NCBI RefSeq assembly: GCF_030028105.1
Contig: NC_092398.1
Location: 29,048,424 to 29,112,423, forward strand
Length of the DNA: 64,000 bases
Direction: 5' to 3'
Source: Mobula birostris
Taxonomy: Eukaryota
The position numbers were made by a program, and so were the translations under genes. The notes beneath the pieces were generated by a model. The model was not told the DNA's origin. It saw nothing but the letters and a program-made list of their open reading frames with translations, and did not search any database. Below, piece after piece: positions 36,271 through 50,395 of this stretch (position 1 is the stretch's first letter; every line of letters begins with the position of its first letter).

Positions 36271-36716
36271 CTAAGACTTAGTTAATTGAACAAGTATATT
36301 CAATGGATAATTTATACCGTTCTTCAGCTCCTCTCGGAATCTACTCTGTGTTAAGATATAAATACACGTGTTGGTGCATGAACTGAGAATTTGCAGCATA
36401 AATACACTTGTTTCAGCAATATAATTTGGGTCAGAATAAGAGAAATAAATTACGCCTGGCACTCGTCTGTAAATGTTGAACACAACCTTCGTCATCCACA
36501 GCAAAATGAAACTGCTGGTTATACTGAAGAGCAAAACGATAGATTTTTTTCGGTTTTCCATCTCCGGAGCTTTGTCATTCTCTCCATCCTTAGGCCGCGG
36601 AGTCCCCTGCGGACAAGACTGGCCGCTAAAATCCGCCTGACCGTCAGAACATTGAGCAGCAGTATCAGAAAGAACGGGAGGAAAGGGGTTAAAATGCGAT
36701 CAAACCAGTCAAATGC
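36271..36716 (-). pseudogene. GPR139/GPR142-like class A GPCR copy A, 3' half of main exon (TM5-TM7)
   Basis: AFDWFDRILTPFLPFFLILLLNVLTVRRILAAS..., a frameshift, then EMENRKKSIVLLFSITSSFILLW...MLQILSSCTNTCIYILTQSRFREEL. The TM1-TM4 part is absent. Confidence 0.85.
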
Positions 36717-36731
36717 GCCCCCTGGTGGCGA
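36714..36731 (-). promoter_or_regulatory. Near-consensus CTCF motif
   Basis: Minus strand TCGCCACCAGGGGGCGCA versus consensus TGGCCACCAGGGGGCGCTA. Confidence 0.4.
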
Positions 36732-36759
36732 AGATAAGAAGGTACAGTACTTGTTTACA

Positions 36760-37890
36760 AACTATATATAAAATTGTAACATCATGCGTCTTGCAACCAA
36801 TCACCACTCAGTTAGATACCCACAATATACTTACAAAAGAGAAAAAAGGATGCGGTAAGGCTGTGAAAGGATGTAAAGAACAACTGATAATAGATTCTGT
36901 AATTCTAACTCAAGCAGGGAGAAAAAGCAACACACATCAAAGTTGCTGGTGAACGCAGCAGGCCAGGCAGCATCTCTAGGAAGAGGTGCAGTCGACGTTT
37001 CAGGCCGAGACCCTTCGTCAGAAAAAGCAGATATCTTTCAAGTTGTTATATTGATTATTGGTTCTGTCCCACATTCATGGTTAACAGAAGTTCTTCATAT
37101 ACAACGAATATTTGTGAAATTCTGACGACATCTGATGAAGTATTGGCGTACTATAAACACACTATCTATTAGCAACAAAAAGTAAACCACCAGTAACAAA
37201 CTAGACCGAGACGTTTTTCTTTTCCCCTAGGGCGATTCTCTAGGCCTACTAGAGCTTCAAACCCGCGGTCTAATTTATTGATTTATTGAACTGGACGAAA
37301 GTAGGGTATAAAATCAGAGACAACCAAACGAATTCTTCATTGACATACCGTCTATACACCTTCGAGCTATTTTCGAAAGATTTAAACATGAACTTAGGAC
37401 ATGAATAGTGCAGAACATTAAACATAAAGTAATGTGCAATAGACCCACTAGAATATAAAACAGAGCAGCAGAATAAAATACAGACGACGTTTCAATATGA
37501 AACACGTAAGTATCTGGAATATCAACAAGCAAAGAATATAAACCATAGTGTGAAAAAAGAAGAAAAAACTTTGGAAAAAATAGTTTCAAGCCTTAAGAAA
37601 ATCTTCCAAACAGAGCTCAATGTAAACATATAACAAAGGCAATAAACACTTCAATTATACCTAGACTAACGTATTCTCTTGACATAATATCTTGGTCGGA
37701 AACTAATCTGGAATTGTTACAAAGAAAAGTAAGTCCTGAAATGATAAATTTTAGAAAACACTATGTACACTCGAATGCGGTTAGATTAACATCGCCTAGG
37801 AAAAAGGTGTAACCAACATATATAAAAGCATACAGAACATAGATAAAACTTCTAAGGATATATTTTCATCAATGAAAATAGGATTCAGCA
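36760..37890 (+). mobile_element. R4/Dong-clade non-LTR retrotransposon RT fragment, interrupted by a Penelope-derived repeat (~36930-37022)
   Basis: KEKKGCGKAVKGCKEQLIIDSVILTQA, GDSL, AINTSIIPRLTYSLDIISWSETNLELLQRK...SNAVRLTSPRK. Confidence 0.7.
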
Positions 37891-39059
37891 CGCTTTGCGA
37901 ACATATGCAATTCTGGTAAGAAGTGCACCGTACTACACTTAATTGAAAGCAAAGATCAAGTTTAAAGTTCAAAGATCAAAGTAAATTTATTATCAAAGTA
38001 CATACAGGTCACTACATGCAGCCCTCAGATTCATTTTCCTGAGGGCATACTCAACAAATCTATCGAATAGTAACTGTGACAGGATTAATGCAAGGTCAGC
38101 AAAAGCGCAGAAGACGACAAAATGAATGCAAATATAAAGAAATAACGATAAATATCCGGAACAGGAAATAACGAGATGAAGAGTCCTTAAACAGAGAATA
38201 TTCGTTGTAGACGCATCTCAATGGATGGGCAATTGAGTGTCGTATTTTGTTCAAGAACCTGATTTTGAACATGTTGGTCCGAATCCTGAGGCTCTTGTAC
38301 CTTCTACCTGATGGTAGCAGTGAAAAGAGATCATGGTGGTGTGGGGGCGAGAGCGGGGGTGTGGATGGTCATTGATGATGAATGTTGCTTTTCTGTAACA
38401 GCGCTCTTTGTAGATGTGCCCAGTGGGCCGGGAGGGCTTTACCCCCGATGGACTGGGCCATACCCATTACTTTCTGTAGGATACTCCATTCAAGGGTACT
38501 GGTAATTTCATATCAAGGTGTGATGCACGCAAACAGTATACTCTGCAGAAATCATCTGCAGAAGTTTGTTAAGGTTTTATATGTCACGCAGAATCTTCGA
38601 AAACTCCCAAGGAAGTAAAGCGCCTGCAGTGTTTTCTTCATAATTGATCTTACCTACTGCGCTCATAAAGTAAATGTGCAGTTGATTTGTAATAAATGAC
38701 TTAAAATTACCTAATTCCACACCGCCATCTACAACAAGCCTGCACCAATCAGATAACAACAGCGTAGCAGTCAGCGCGACGCTATTCCAGCTCAAGGCGC
38801 CGGATTTATCTGTTCAATCCCCGCGTCTTCTATAACGAGTCGTACCTTCTTCCTCGGGAATGAGTGGGTTTCCTATGGGTCTTTCTTTTGAATAAAAAAA
38901 ACATCCGACACATCTACCATCTTTAACCGATAAAATATACCGTGCGAGCAGTCTTCTCATAAGGAGATCACGAACAAGAAAAACAAAGCGGCTCGCTATA
39001 TTTGGCAAGCATAATCAACCATGACAGCCTACTCCAGACATGAACCATTCAGCAACCAA

Positions 39060-42000
39060 CTCCAGACATTAACCGGGCAACAGCCTCCTCCAGACGTTAG
39101 CCATTCCCCTAAATAATAAGTGTACCGTCCTGGATACTGTTGGTGGGGACGACCGACCAGGTGTGAGCCACGGTGACAGGGTCTCCGGCACTGAGTCTGA
39201 CCCGGTGGTGCAGAAGGATGGGACGGAGAAGAGGAGAACTGTCGTCATTGGAGACTGTATAGTCAGGGGAGCCGAAAGGAGATTTTGTGGACGTGAGAAG
39301 GACACCCGCATGGTTTGTTGCCTCCCGGGTGCCAGGGTCCGGGATGTCTCTGACAGGGTGCACGGCATCCTGGTACGAAAGGGAGAGCAACCAGAAGTCG
39401 TGATACGTGTTGGGACCAACGACATAGGCAGGAAGAGGGATGAGGTCCTGAAGTGTCAGTTTCGGTGAACTAGGCAGAAGGCTGAAGAACAGGACCTCAA
39501 GGGTGGCGTTCTCAGGATTGCTGCCAGTGCTACGTGACAGTGATGGTAAGAATTGGAGGAGATGGCAGTTGAATGTGTGGCTGAGGAGTTGGTGCAGGGG
39601 GCAGGGTTTTAGATTTTTGGATCATTGGGATCTCTTCTGGGGAAGGTGGGACCTCTACAGATTGGGTGGGTTGCACCTGAACTCGAGGGGGAGCAATATC
39701 CTTGCAGGTAGGTTTGCTAGCGTGGTTCTGGAGGGTTTAAACTAATTTGCAAGGGGGATGGGACCCTGAGCGATAGAGCAGTGAAAGAAGTGCACGGATT
39801 AAAGCCGGATCTAACGTATAGAGAGGCTTTGAGGAAAGAGAAGCAGAATAAATGGTGTAAAGACAGTAAGGTAGAAGGGCTGAAGTGTGTGTATCTCAAT
39901 ACAAGAAGCATCAGAAACAAAGGTGATGAACTGAGAGCTTGGATACATACATGGAATTATGATGTAGTGGTCATTACAGAGACTTGGTTGGCACCAGGGC
40001 AGGAATGGATTCTCAATATTCCTGGATTTCAGTGCTTAAAGAGGGATAGAGAAGGGGGGAAAAGGGGAGGAGGGGTGGCATTACTGGTCAGTGATACTAT
40101 TACAGCTACAGAAATGGTGGGTAATGTAGCAGGGTCCTCTTTTGGGTCAGTATGGGTTGAAATCAGGAACAGGAAGGGAACAGTTACTCTATTGGGGGTA
40201 TTCTATAGGCCCCCTGGTAGCAGCAGAGATACAGAGGATCAGATTGGGAGGCAGATTTTGGAAAAGTGCAAAAATAACAGGGTTGTTATCATGGGTGACT
40301 TTAACTTCCCTGATATTGACTAGCACCTGATTAGTTCCAAGGGGTTAGATTTGGGCAGATTTTGTTAAGTGTGTCCAGGACCGATTCCTGTCACAGTACG
40401 TGGACAGGCCGACCAGGGGGAATGCCATACTAGATCTGGTACTAGGTAATGAACCGCGTCATGTCACAGATCTCTCAATGGATTTGCATCTGGGGGACAG
40501 TGACCACCGCTCCCTGGCCTTTAGCATTATCATGGAAAAGGATAGAATCAGAGAGGACAGGAAAATTTTTAATTGGGGAAGGGAAAATTATGAGGCTATA
40601 AGGCTAGAACTTGCGGGTGTGAATTAGGATGATGTTTTTGCAGGGAAACGTACTATGGACATGTGGTCGATGTTTGGAGATCTCTTGAAAGTTGTTAGGG
40701 ATAAATTTGTCCCGGTGAGGAAGATAAAGAATGGTAGGGTGAAGGAACCATGGGTGACAAGTGAGGTGGAGAATCTAGTCAGGTGGAAGAAGGCAGCATA
40801 CATGGGGTTTAGGAAGCAAAGATCAAGTGGGTCTATTGTGGAACACAGGGAAGCAAGAAAGGAGCTTAAGAAACGGCTGAGAAGAGCGAGAAGGGGGCAT
40901 GAGAAGGCCTTGGAGAGTCGGGTAAAGGAAAACCCCAAGAAATTCTTCAATTATGTGAAGGAAAAAAGGATGACAGGTGTGAATATACGACCAATTAGAG
41001 ATAAAGGTGGGAAGATGTGCCTGGAGGCTGTGGAAGTCAGCGAGGTCTTCAATGAATACTTCTCTTCGGTATTCACCAATGAGAGGGAGCTTGATAATGG
41101 TAAGGACAATATGAGTGTGGTTGATGTTCTGGAGCATATTGATATTAAGGGAGAGGAGGTGTTGGAGTTGTTAAAATACCATAGGACGGATAAGTCCCCG
41201 GGGCCTGATGGAATATTCCCCAGGCTGCTCCACGAGGCGGGGGAGGAGATTACTGAGCCTCTGGTTAGGATCTTTATGTCCTAGTTGTCCACGGGAATGG
41301 TACCGGAGGATTGGAGAAAGGTGAATATTGTCCCCTTGTTCAAAAAAGGTAGTAGGGATAGTCAGGGTAATTATAGACCAGTGAGCCTTACGTCTATGGT
41401 GGGAAAGCTGTTGGAAACGATTCTTAGGGATAGGATCTATGAGCATTTAGAGAATCATGGTCTGATCAGGGACAGTCAGCATGGCTTTGTGAAGGGCAGA
41501 TCATGTCTAACAAGCCTGATAGAGTTCTTTGAGGAGATGACCAGGCATATAGATGAGGGTAGTGCAGTAGATGTGATCGATATGGATTTTAGTAAGGCAT
41601 CTCACAAGGTTCCACACGGTGGGCTTATTCAGAAAGTCAGAAGACATGGGATAAAGGGAAGTTTGGCCAGGTGGATTCAGAATTGGCTTGCCTGCAGAAG
41701 TTAGAGGGTCGTGGTGGAGGGACTACATTCAGATTGGAGGATTGTGACTAGTGGTGTCCCACAAGGATCTGTGCTGGGACCTCTACTTTTCGTGATTTTT
41801 ATTAACGACCTGGATGTGGGGGTAAAAGGTTGAGTTGGCAAGTTTGCAGACGACAGAAAGGTTGGTGGTGTTGTAGATAGTGTAGAGGAGCTAGGACTTT
41901 ACTCTTTGGAGAGAAGGCGGGTGAAAGAAGACATGATAGAAGTGTACAAGATAATAAGAGGAATAGATAGAGTGGATAGCCAGCGCCTCTTCCCCAGGGT

Positions 42001-42287
42001 ACCACTGCTCAATACAAGAGGACATGGCTTTAAGGTAAGGGGTGGGAAGTTCAAGGGGGATATTAGAGGAAGGTTTTTTACTCAGAGTGTGGTTGGTGCG
42101 TGGAATACACTGCCTGAGTCAGTGGTGGAGGCAGATACGCTACTGAAATTTAAGAGACTACTAGACAGGTATATGGAGGAATTTAAGGTGGGGGTTTATA
42201 TGAGAGGCAGGGTTTGAGGGTCGGCACAACATTGTGGGCCGAAGGGCCTGTACTGTGCTATACTATTCTATGTCAATGTTCTATGTT
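39060..42287 (+). mobile_element. CR1 LINE, near full-length, decayed
   Basis: ORF1 esterase RRTVVIGDCIVRG...CLPGARV, APE KCVYLNTRSIRNK...GDFNFPDID, RT KSPGPDGIFPR...NYRPVSLTS...DFSKA, 3' tail TATTCTATG. In-frame stops and an internal deletion near 41890. Confidence 0.95.
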
Positions 42288-42652
42288 AACCGTGCAATAG
42301 CCTACTACAGACATTAAAAAAGAGAAAACATCCCGAATGCTACAAAGGCTTAGTAAGACAAGCTGAAAAGAAAAACTATTTCAGGTTCAGGTCCCGATGC
42401 TACGTTTTCATCTCTTTACCCAAACACTTCAGGACAGTTCATCCTGTGCAAAGAACAAAACGCTTTCAATGCCAGGGTTGGATTTGAAGTAGAATATGGC
42501 ATGACATGTAACTTCTACAAGGAGCACTGTTCCGCAAGAAACCTCTGTAAGATAACAGACGATGACGACAAAAAGCCAACTCCCGGAAAGAAATCCGTTC
42601 TCCCACGTAGTTAACCCTGAGCTGTGACATGGATATCGTGTCAGCAACTTAC

Positions 42653-42716
42653 TGGGAACTCCAACCGCCGAAATCACGGTATAATAATTACTTTGGACGC
42701 GCAAAGTTATTGGCAT
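42653..42716 (-). pseudogene. Probable exon 1 of GPCR copy A
   Basis: MPITLRVQSNYYTVISAVGVP followed by the phase-1 donor CCCA|GTAAGT. This matches the YYxxIxxxGVP start of TM1 that precedes VN(V/L)L at the start of the main exon in copies B and C. Confidence 0.65.
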
Positions 42717-43924
42717 TCCCTTAACTCAGAGAAACGGTGAATTTCTAATGCGCTGTCAGCGACAGCATAGACCGGTGCTCTGACACGATGCTTTGTAAAA
42801 GATCCGGGTTTATAATGGGATTGCGATTCCCTTGATAAGGCTCTGTCGTTAATTACTAATCCTTGCTGCCGTGTCAACAAAGTCATTACTTCTGAGTACT
42901 GACCGTGGTGAAAACAACTTAGCCTGATTCTTAATGTCATACGGTCATTAAAAGAGTTTTCGAGTTTGCACACGGATTTACCAGTGCAGCTAACTTATAT
43001 ATTTAACAATAAATCGCATGGCTATCCTGGGCTTGTACAAAAATGCGGGAGAGTGAAAGCAACATGTGAGCGGCATTGAGTTCCCTGTACATTTGCTACG
43101 TCTGCACCTCCGTATTAGCTACTGTGGGGAGCGTCTGTCGTATAGTGCTTTTGGTTTAATTCTGAATTATTCCCCATCTTTCCAGTTTACAGGTTCTTCC
43201 TGTGACGCCGGGTGTTCTCCCATGGTGTCCATTAGATACTGGTGATCTGATGGGATTTTCACGCACGACAGTCTCCAGTGTGTGCAGAGAATGGTTAGAA
43301 AAGAAAAACACAAACAGTAAACATCCAATAGACGACAGCGCCTTGTTAATGAGACATGTCAGAGGAGAATTGCCAGACTGCTTCAAGCTGACAGGCTGTT
43401 GACAATAACTCCAAGAAGCACGCGTTACAACGGTGGTGTGCTCTGTCTGTACGATTTAAACATGATATAAATAGAGTAGATTCCCGTTAACGGGGACAAA
43501 TCGGAACCACTTCAATTTGACGCAGTTATGTGGTTGCCCCAGTTGCATTTTCATGGAAATAGTCTAAAAGGTATATAAAAAAAGTAAACTACCGTTTAAC
43601 TGAGTAAGAGATTATGTATTTAAATGTAATACAGAATAAATTTGTAAACTGTCAGTACTGCTACAGCACTAAAAAAACTGTGTATGAAAAAATGCTATCG
43701 AAAAATTCATTCTCCAAAGAGTCGATCAGAAACTACAGAGCAAAACCCAGCATTCAGTATCTCAGGCCAGCGTGCAGGAGAAAATTGCTCCTGCGACCCG
43801 ATAGCGGGAGACCGGCCGCTCGCTGTCCCGATATTGTAATCTTTCGCGTCGCTTCCCCATGGTCCCCAACTCGAGGTTCAACAGGCTCGAAGGCTCTCGC
43901 TCATCGTTAAAAGACGGAGTTAGA

Positions 43925-43975
43925 GAAAGAGAAAGGAGTAGGAGAGAGAGAGAGAGAGAGAGAGAAGGGGGGAGG

Positions 43976-44023
<48 letters not shown>

Positions 44024-44045
44024 GCTATCACCACCAGACTGTTGC
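43925..44045. repeat. (GA)n compound microsatellite
   Basis: Long GA runs interrupted by G tracts. Confidence 0.95.
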
Positions 44046-47000
44046 TGGTGGTGATGTTTGAGAGTACTTGGAACTGAAATGCACACTGCCGGTTTCTCAA
44101 TCCGAGTTTTATGCACGGCATTTAGTAGCTGGCTCCTGGACGAAGGTTACCCGAGAACGAAAGGAGGTCCAGAGCTAGTAATGTCAAAGGCATGTAATTA
44201 AACCTTTCGCCAAGTCACATTGTATCCCAATTATCTGACTGGGTCAGTTAATCATTCAAATTATTTGCGTCTTCAATAGAACTTTAAAAACAGTGACTGA
44301 GTTTGGTTCCTGTTCTTACTTTGTTGGGGAATTCCGAATGCGTCTCTTTCTTCCCTTATCTGCGTGAGTGGTCTCAGTTGTAAGCGGGTTTGCTGCAGTC
44401 GCAGCCTATGATGCTGAAGGGCTACTTTGAATATCTTTTTCGGGTTTCCCCGTGTCTGACCGGCTACTCAGCATACACCTCCAGCGGTTCGCTCACTGCT
44501 ACGCCCAGCGCCACCTCTGGTCTTTGACTGGTGATCCCCAGGCAGCGGCCGTACCACTGTAATTCCGTAAATATCTCCCCACTTCTACAGCGAAACGGTT
44601 TTTCTTTTTATACCTACAGCGAGGTTTTAGTTTCAGTCGCCCATAACATGGAGTGGAGACGGTGACCAGAGCACCGCCCTCTCTGGGTACAGGCGTGCGT
44701 TTATTGGGCATCATGATGAAGATGAACATGATGATGATGATTATTTTCTTTTGTCTTTGCACAGTTTGTTGTGTTTTGCACATCAGCTGTTTGTTCGTCC
44801 TGCTCGGTTGGCCATTCATTGATCCTGGTACGTTTCTTGAACTTACTTTGTATGTCCGCATGAAAACGAATATCAAGGTTGTTTATGGCGACGTATACTG
44901 CGTCTACTTTGAAAACAAATTCATCTTAGCTTTGCACTTTCCCCACGCACTTCTACTCCCAATGTCGCTATGGAATATCAGGCTTGGCTGCTGGGTCCAT
45001 GGGCGGATCTCCCCTTTACTTCTGGTTTCTCCGTCAAACGAGTTCTTCATCATTACATCGTCGTGAAGGGATTCATCACCGAACTCCTCAGCTCGATGTA
45101 TGTTTTGTTATTATTCTATAGGTGAGCTTCATTGTCTCTCGTCAGTAACGTTTCCCTAAACGAGCCATAATCGCACTTCACCAACCAATTCATGCAGTTA
45201 AAAGGAAGGCGCAACAGCGGGTAGATTTCATTTGGAGTTTCAAGCGACGTGGCATGTCATCAAAGACTTGCAAGTCTCTATACATGTACCGTGGAGACCA
45301 TTCGAACTGGTTACATCATCGTCTGGTATCTGGTATGGGACGGGGCATCACTGCAGAACTGGGAAAAAAAACTGCAGAAATGTGTGCCCTCGGCCAGCTC
45401 CAACATGGGCACAAGGCGCCCCAGCATGGAGGACAACTTCATGAAGGAGGCACACGCCATGAAAGGCCTCGATCACCCGGGAAATGAGCTCTTCTCATTG
45501 CTCCGATCAGAGATGTGTCACAGGTGCCTGACGACCCGCTCTCATTTTTATGAAAGGAATCTAACCTCCTCCATCAGATATCTGAATGGACAGTAAACCC
45601 GTGTACCCACCTCACTCCATCTTTTCTTTGTTTTAATATCTTTCTGCACTACTTATTTCATTAAATTTTACATGTACAGTACATTTCTTATTGCAATTTG
45701 CAGTCGTTTATTATTGTTATGGCTGCTGCTGCCTGCAATTATTTGACTCTTAAATGCCTCCTATCTCTTCATCGCTTCCTTCCATTGAAACAGACTTAGC
45801 AATCGACCGCTGCTAGATGCTGCCTAGTGTCACCACAGCTAGCCTCACTCAGGTTTAATGATCTAATCTATAGACCTTTCGCATCTCTTTCTAAGGATTT
45901 CGTAAATACATAGAATTATGGTCACTAGTGCCAACGTGCTGCCATTCTACCAATTCTGTAACTCGTCTTATCTCATAGGGAGGATTTGCACCATTTTTAG
46001 GAGAGTCAACCTTTTATCGTGTCAAAAAACATTCCTGGACACTATTCATAAGCCTTTAATACTCTGGGTGAGACAGTCAGATTAAATCTTCCACTCATAC
46101 AACTCTGGTATCCTTACATATAAGAGCATTTCCCAATGACTATATGGTCGTCTGCACTATATTCCACTCCAATGTCCTTCTGCTTCTTATGTCTAAGTGC
46201 CAAGCGAGCGCCGTTCGCCTCTTTTCAACGATGTTTGGTCCAGTAGAAATACCGAGAGTTATTCCTTAATTATGTTACCAGTTTCTCACGTATCGAATTC
46301 GAAGGCCTGTGTTTAGAAATCTGTTTTTTTTTATTTTATTTGGAGATACGGCGCAGAACAGACCCTTCCAGAGCAATGAGCCGTGCCGCTCAGCACCCCA
46401 ACTACTGAACGCTAGCCTAATCCAAGGACAAATGACACCGACCAATTCACCTACCAATCTTTTTTACTTTACTTTATTGTCGCCAAACAGTTGATACTAG
46501 AGCGTACAATCATCACAGCGATATTTGATTCTGCGCTTCACGCTCCCTGTAGTACAAATCGATTGTAAGTACAGTAAAATTCTAAATTATAAATCATTAA
46601 TAGAAAATAGAAAAGGGAAAATAAGGTAGTGCAGAAAAACCAAGAGGCAGGTCTAGAAATTTGGAGGGTATGGCCCAGATCTGGGTCAGGATCCGTTCAG
46701 CAATCTTATCACAGTTGGAAAGAATCTATTCCCAAATTTGCCCTACGGGTCTTCAAGGTCCTGAGCCTTCTCCCGGAGGGAAGAGGGACGAAAAGTGTGT
46801 TGGTTATCCTGGCAGCACTGCTCTGACAGCGTGCGTTGTAAATTGAGTCCAAGGACGGAAGATTGTGGTAAGAAACCAGAGCACTTAGGGAAAACCCACA
46901 GGTTCATAGCAAGAACAGGATTGAACCTCGAACTCTGACGCCTCGAGCTGTAATAGCGTCGCGCTATCCGCTATGCCATGATGGCGCCCCCGATAAGTCA

Positions 47001-47159
47001 CAGAGCATGACCCACTGACAAAGGAACTAATAGCTTGGAAGACGTGGACGGGAAAGCCCGGCTTTCACTGCGCTGGAGAGCGAAGATTTTCATGAAAGGA
47101 GGAGAATTGGGAATGGGTCTCGGAACACCATCCCGTCAAAATCTAGAGCTACTGAAACG

Positions 47160-47950
47160 CCAACAGAAGCTCCGATGATTTGTTACCATCTTTCATCGGG
47201 CCAACGATAATGGTGGCTTCGCAACATAAATATGGTATTGGAGCTACGCTTAACCTCAGAGTCACAGATATGAAATGAGTTAAGCCGTGGGCACAGCACA
47301 CAGTGTTTTGGTGCACCTGTTCTGATGGAGATTGTGGAGGAGATTTTGTTGCAAATCTGAAATGACTGGAGTGTGCATGTGAGGAAATCGAAGATCCGTT
47401 TGCGCAAGTAGGTGTTCAGATCAATGTCCTGAAGCTTATTAATTAGCGTTGAGGGGGTAATGGCATTGAATGTCGAGATGTCGTCAATAAAGGTCATCGT
47501 AATGTATGAGTACTTGCTATCCTGATGTTCCAGCTTTCAGTGCATTTCTTATCGTGGCCAGAGACTCCAAACAGGCTTTTTTGAAAAAGAAACCCTGCCC
47601 AGTTATCACCAGCATATAACCTGTAGCACCAGAGGTCCCAACATACTAGACCACTGCTACAGTAAGGTAAGGAATGCCTACCGTTCCTTGCGCAGACCGA
47701 ATTACTTTGCTGTCCACCTCCTACTTGCATACAGGCAGAACCTAAAAGGCAAGGTCCAGAGGTAAGGACAACTAAGAGGTGTTTGTAGGTGGCAGAGGAA
47801 CGATTACGGGATTGCTTTGAGTCAGTAGACTGGGCCGTGTTCAGGCTCTAAACTAGATATCTGAATGAACACACGATGGTTGTAACGGATCATTCAGTCT
47901 TCCACAAACAGAAGCCCTCGGTGGGATCCGAAATATGCTGAGAGACTGAT
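47160..47950. mobile_element. Rex1/Babar-like LINE fragments joined in opposite orientation (47160-47500 minus, 47500-47950 plus)
   Basis: TFIDDISTFNAITPSTLINKLQ (RT) and HITCSTRGPNILDHCYSKVRNAYRS (APE end). Confidence 0.6.
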
Positions 47951-49789
47951 CAGAGGCATTCAAGTTCAGATGCCAAGAAGAGTACAAGAAATGCAGGTTT
48001 GATTGCTGGGCGTCCTATCTTTGGGGTGTTTATATCTCCCTCTTAATAGCCCCTCACTTACTATTTCTCTTTTCCAATCGATCTCTGCTAGATGTCTCCT
48101 AATTCTCCGAATATTATCCCGGCTGCAGCTTCGGGTCCTTGCAGGCGGACCAGTCTTGTCCTTTTCCATCGGAAAAGGAATAATAAATCTTATCGCATCG
48201 GATTAGAAGCTGTCTTTGAGCCTGGCGTTATTATTTTCTCCCGATGGGAGAGCGGTAGAAGAGAGAATGTCTGTCCAGCAAGGTGATTTTGTTATGCTGG
48301 CCGCTTTGCCGTGACAGAGAGTTGTGTAGACAGAGTCTATGAAGCGGAAGCAATTTGGCCCGATAGCCTTGGATTAACTTACAATTGAACCTCCTCCCAC
48401 CCCATCCAGCCGCCCAACACAAAGCCTGCGTCCGTTTATAGCGCTAGGGAAATTAACGTCGGGAAACGCAAGACGGGCAGTATCGTCAGTGAATATATGG
48501 AGAGGACTGGGGAGGTCATTGTAACAAAAGATCCTTAATACTATCCGTTAAAAAAGGCCTGCATTCTTTTTCCCGCTCTCGCGCAACCCTCGCTCTTCCT
48601 CGCAGTTCCATTACTACCTATGGCTCCCTCCCCCTCTCTTTGCATCTGGTCCTACTCTGTTCTGCACTCATTGGACCCTGTCTCCCCTATTTGCGTCTGT
48701 GTTTCCTTACACACAACTCTCCACATTCTCTATCCTTAACCTCTCTTCCTTTCCCTGTCGCTCTCTCTAGCTGTGCCCCACACCTTCTTGCTGTGTCAAC
48801 ATCCATCGTGCACACACCAGACAGCAGTACAAATGGGGTGCTATGTTGAGGGATGTGTGTATACAGCAAAACTAGTGCACAGGGGCGGTGTGGAGAGGAC
48901 TGTGTACACACCGGATTCAAGCCCACTGGGGAAAGTTTTGGGAAACGCCTGTATAGACCGGAAACCAGTTAACGATGACATTTTGTTTTTGATACACCTA
49001 CCATCGGAATAAATATCTCCGTGGTTAATCCCATCCGTACATCTCATAAACGGATGTATTTCGTTCAGGTCACCTCGCAGGGAAAATATGATCAACCTGT
49101 CCAATAGATAGAGTCGTCGAGTAATTCAAAAGTACAGCACAGAAACAGACCCTTCGGCCACTCTAGTCTGTGCCGAAATCATTTAAACTGCTACTCCCCT
49201 CAACCTACACACGTACCATAGCCCTCCATAACCCTGGCATCCGCTTATCTGTCCAAACTTCTCATTAATGTTCAATTCGTGTTTGCATATAGCACTTCTT
49301 TTGGCAGCTCGTTTCAATCTCTCACGATCACGAGTGAAGAAATTTCCCTTCATGTTCCCCTTAACTAATCACCTTCCACCCGTACCCAACCCACTCCGGC
49401 TGTAATCCCACTCAGCCTCAGTGAGGAAAGCATGCTTCCACTTACCCTATCTACACCCCTCAAAATTCTGTATACGTTCCTTAGTATAAAGTCCTAGCCC
49501 AGTCAATCCTTCCTTATAACTCAGGTCTCCAGACCCGACAAATTCCTTGTAAATGTTCTCCGTACATTTTGAACTTCATTTAGATGTTTCCTCTAAGCGG
49601 GTGACCAAAACTGCGCGCAAATCTTGAAAATAGGTCTCACCGGCATCTTATCGAACTTCAACATAACACCTCAACTCCTGCCCTCAACAATTTGAGTTAT
49701 GAAGCCCAGTGTTCGAGTAGCTTTCTCTCCGGCCCTACCTACCTCTGACCACCTTCAATGGATCTGCATTCCCAGAATTCCTTGTTGTA

Positions 49790-50395
49790 CCCTTTGTCAT
49801 GCCCTTTGGGATGTAATGCTGAAATTGTACAAGGCATTGGTGAGGCCAAATTTGGAGTATGCGTACAGTTCTGGTCACCGAATTATAGGAAAGATGTCAA
49901 CAAAATTGGGAGAGTACAGAGAAGATTCACTAGAATGTTACCTGGGTTTCATCTCCTAAGTTAGAGAGAAAGGTTGAACAAGTTGGGTCTTCACACTTTG
50001 GAGCGTAGAAGGTTGAGAGGGGACTTGATAGATGTGTTTCAAATTCTGAGGAGGATAGATAATGTTGACGTGGATAGGCTTTTTCCATTGAGAGTGGACG
50101 AGATTGAAACAAGAGGACATGACTTGAGAGTTAAAGGGCAAAAGTTCAGGGGAAACATGAGGGGGAACTTCTTTACTCAGAGAGTAGTAGCTGTGTGGAA
50201 CGAGCTTCCAGCAGAAGTGGTTGGGGCAGGTTCGATGTTGTCATTTAAAGTAAAATTGGATAGATATATGGACAGGAAAGGAATGGAGGTTAATGGGGTC
50301 GGTGGGACTAGGTGAGCACAAGAGTTTGGCACGGACTAGAAGGGCCCAGGTGACCTTTTTCCGTGCTGTAATTGTTATTTGGTTATATGAACTCC
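49790..50395 (+). mobile_element. CR1 3' fragment
   Basis: MLKLYKALVRPNLEY...LERRRLRGDLI...GNFFTQRVV. Confidence 0.9.

Noticed and set aside
44507-44520. Second CTCF-like motif (CCAGAGGTGGCGCT)
   Set aside because: It matches only the 3' half of the consensus.
45900-46270. Stop-poor minus frame (RYFYWTKH...GRFNLTVS) suggestive of an Ig V or transposase relic
   Set aside because: Multiple stops and no diagnostic cysteine spacing, so it is unassignable by eye.
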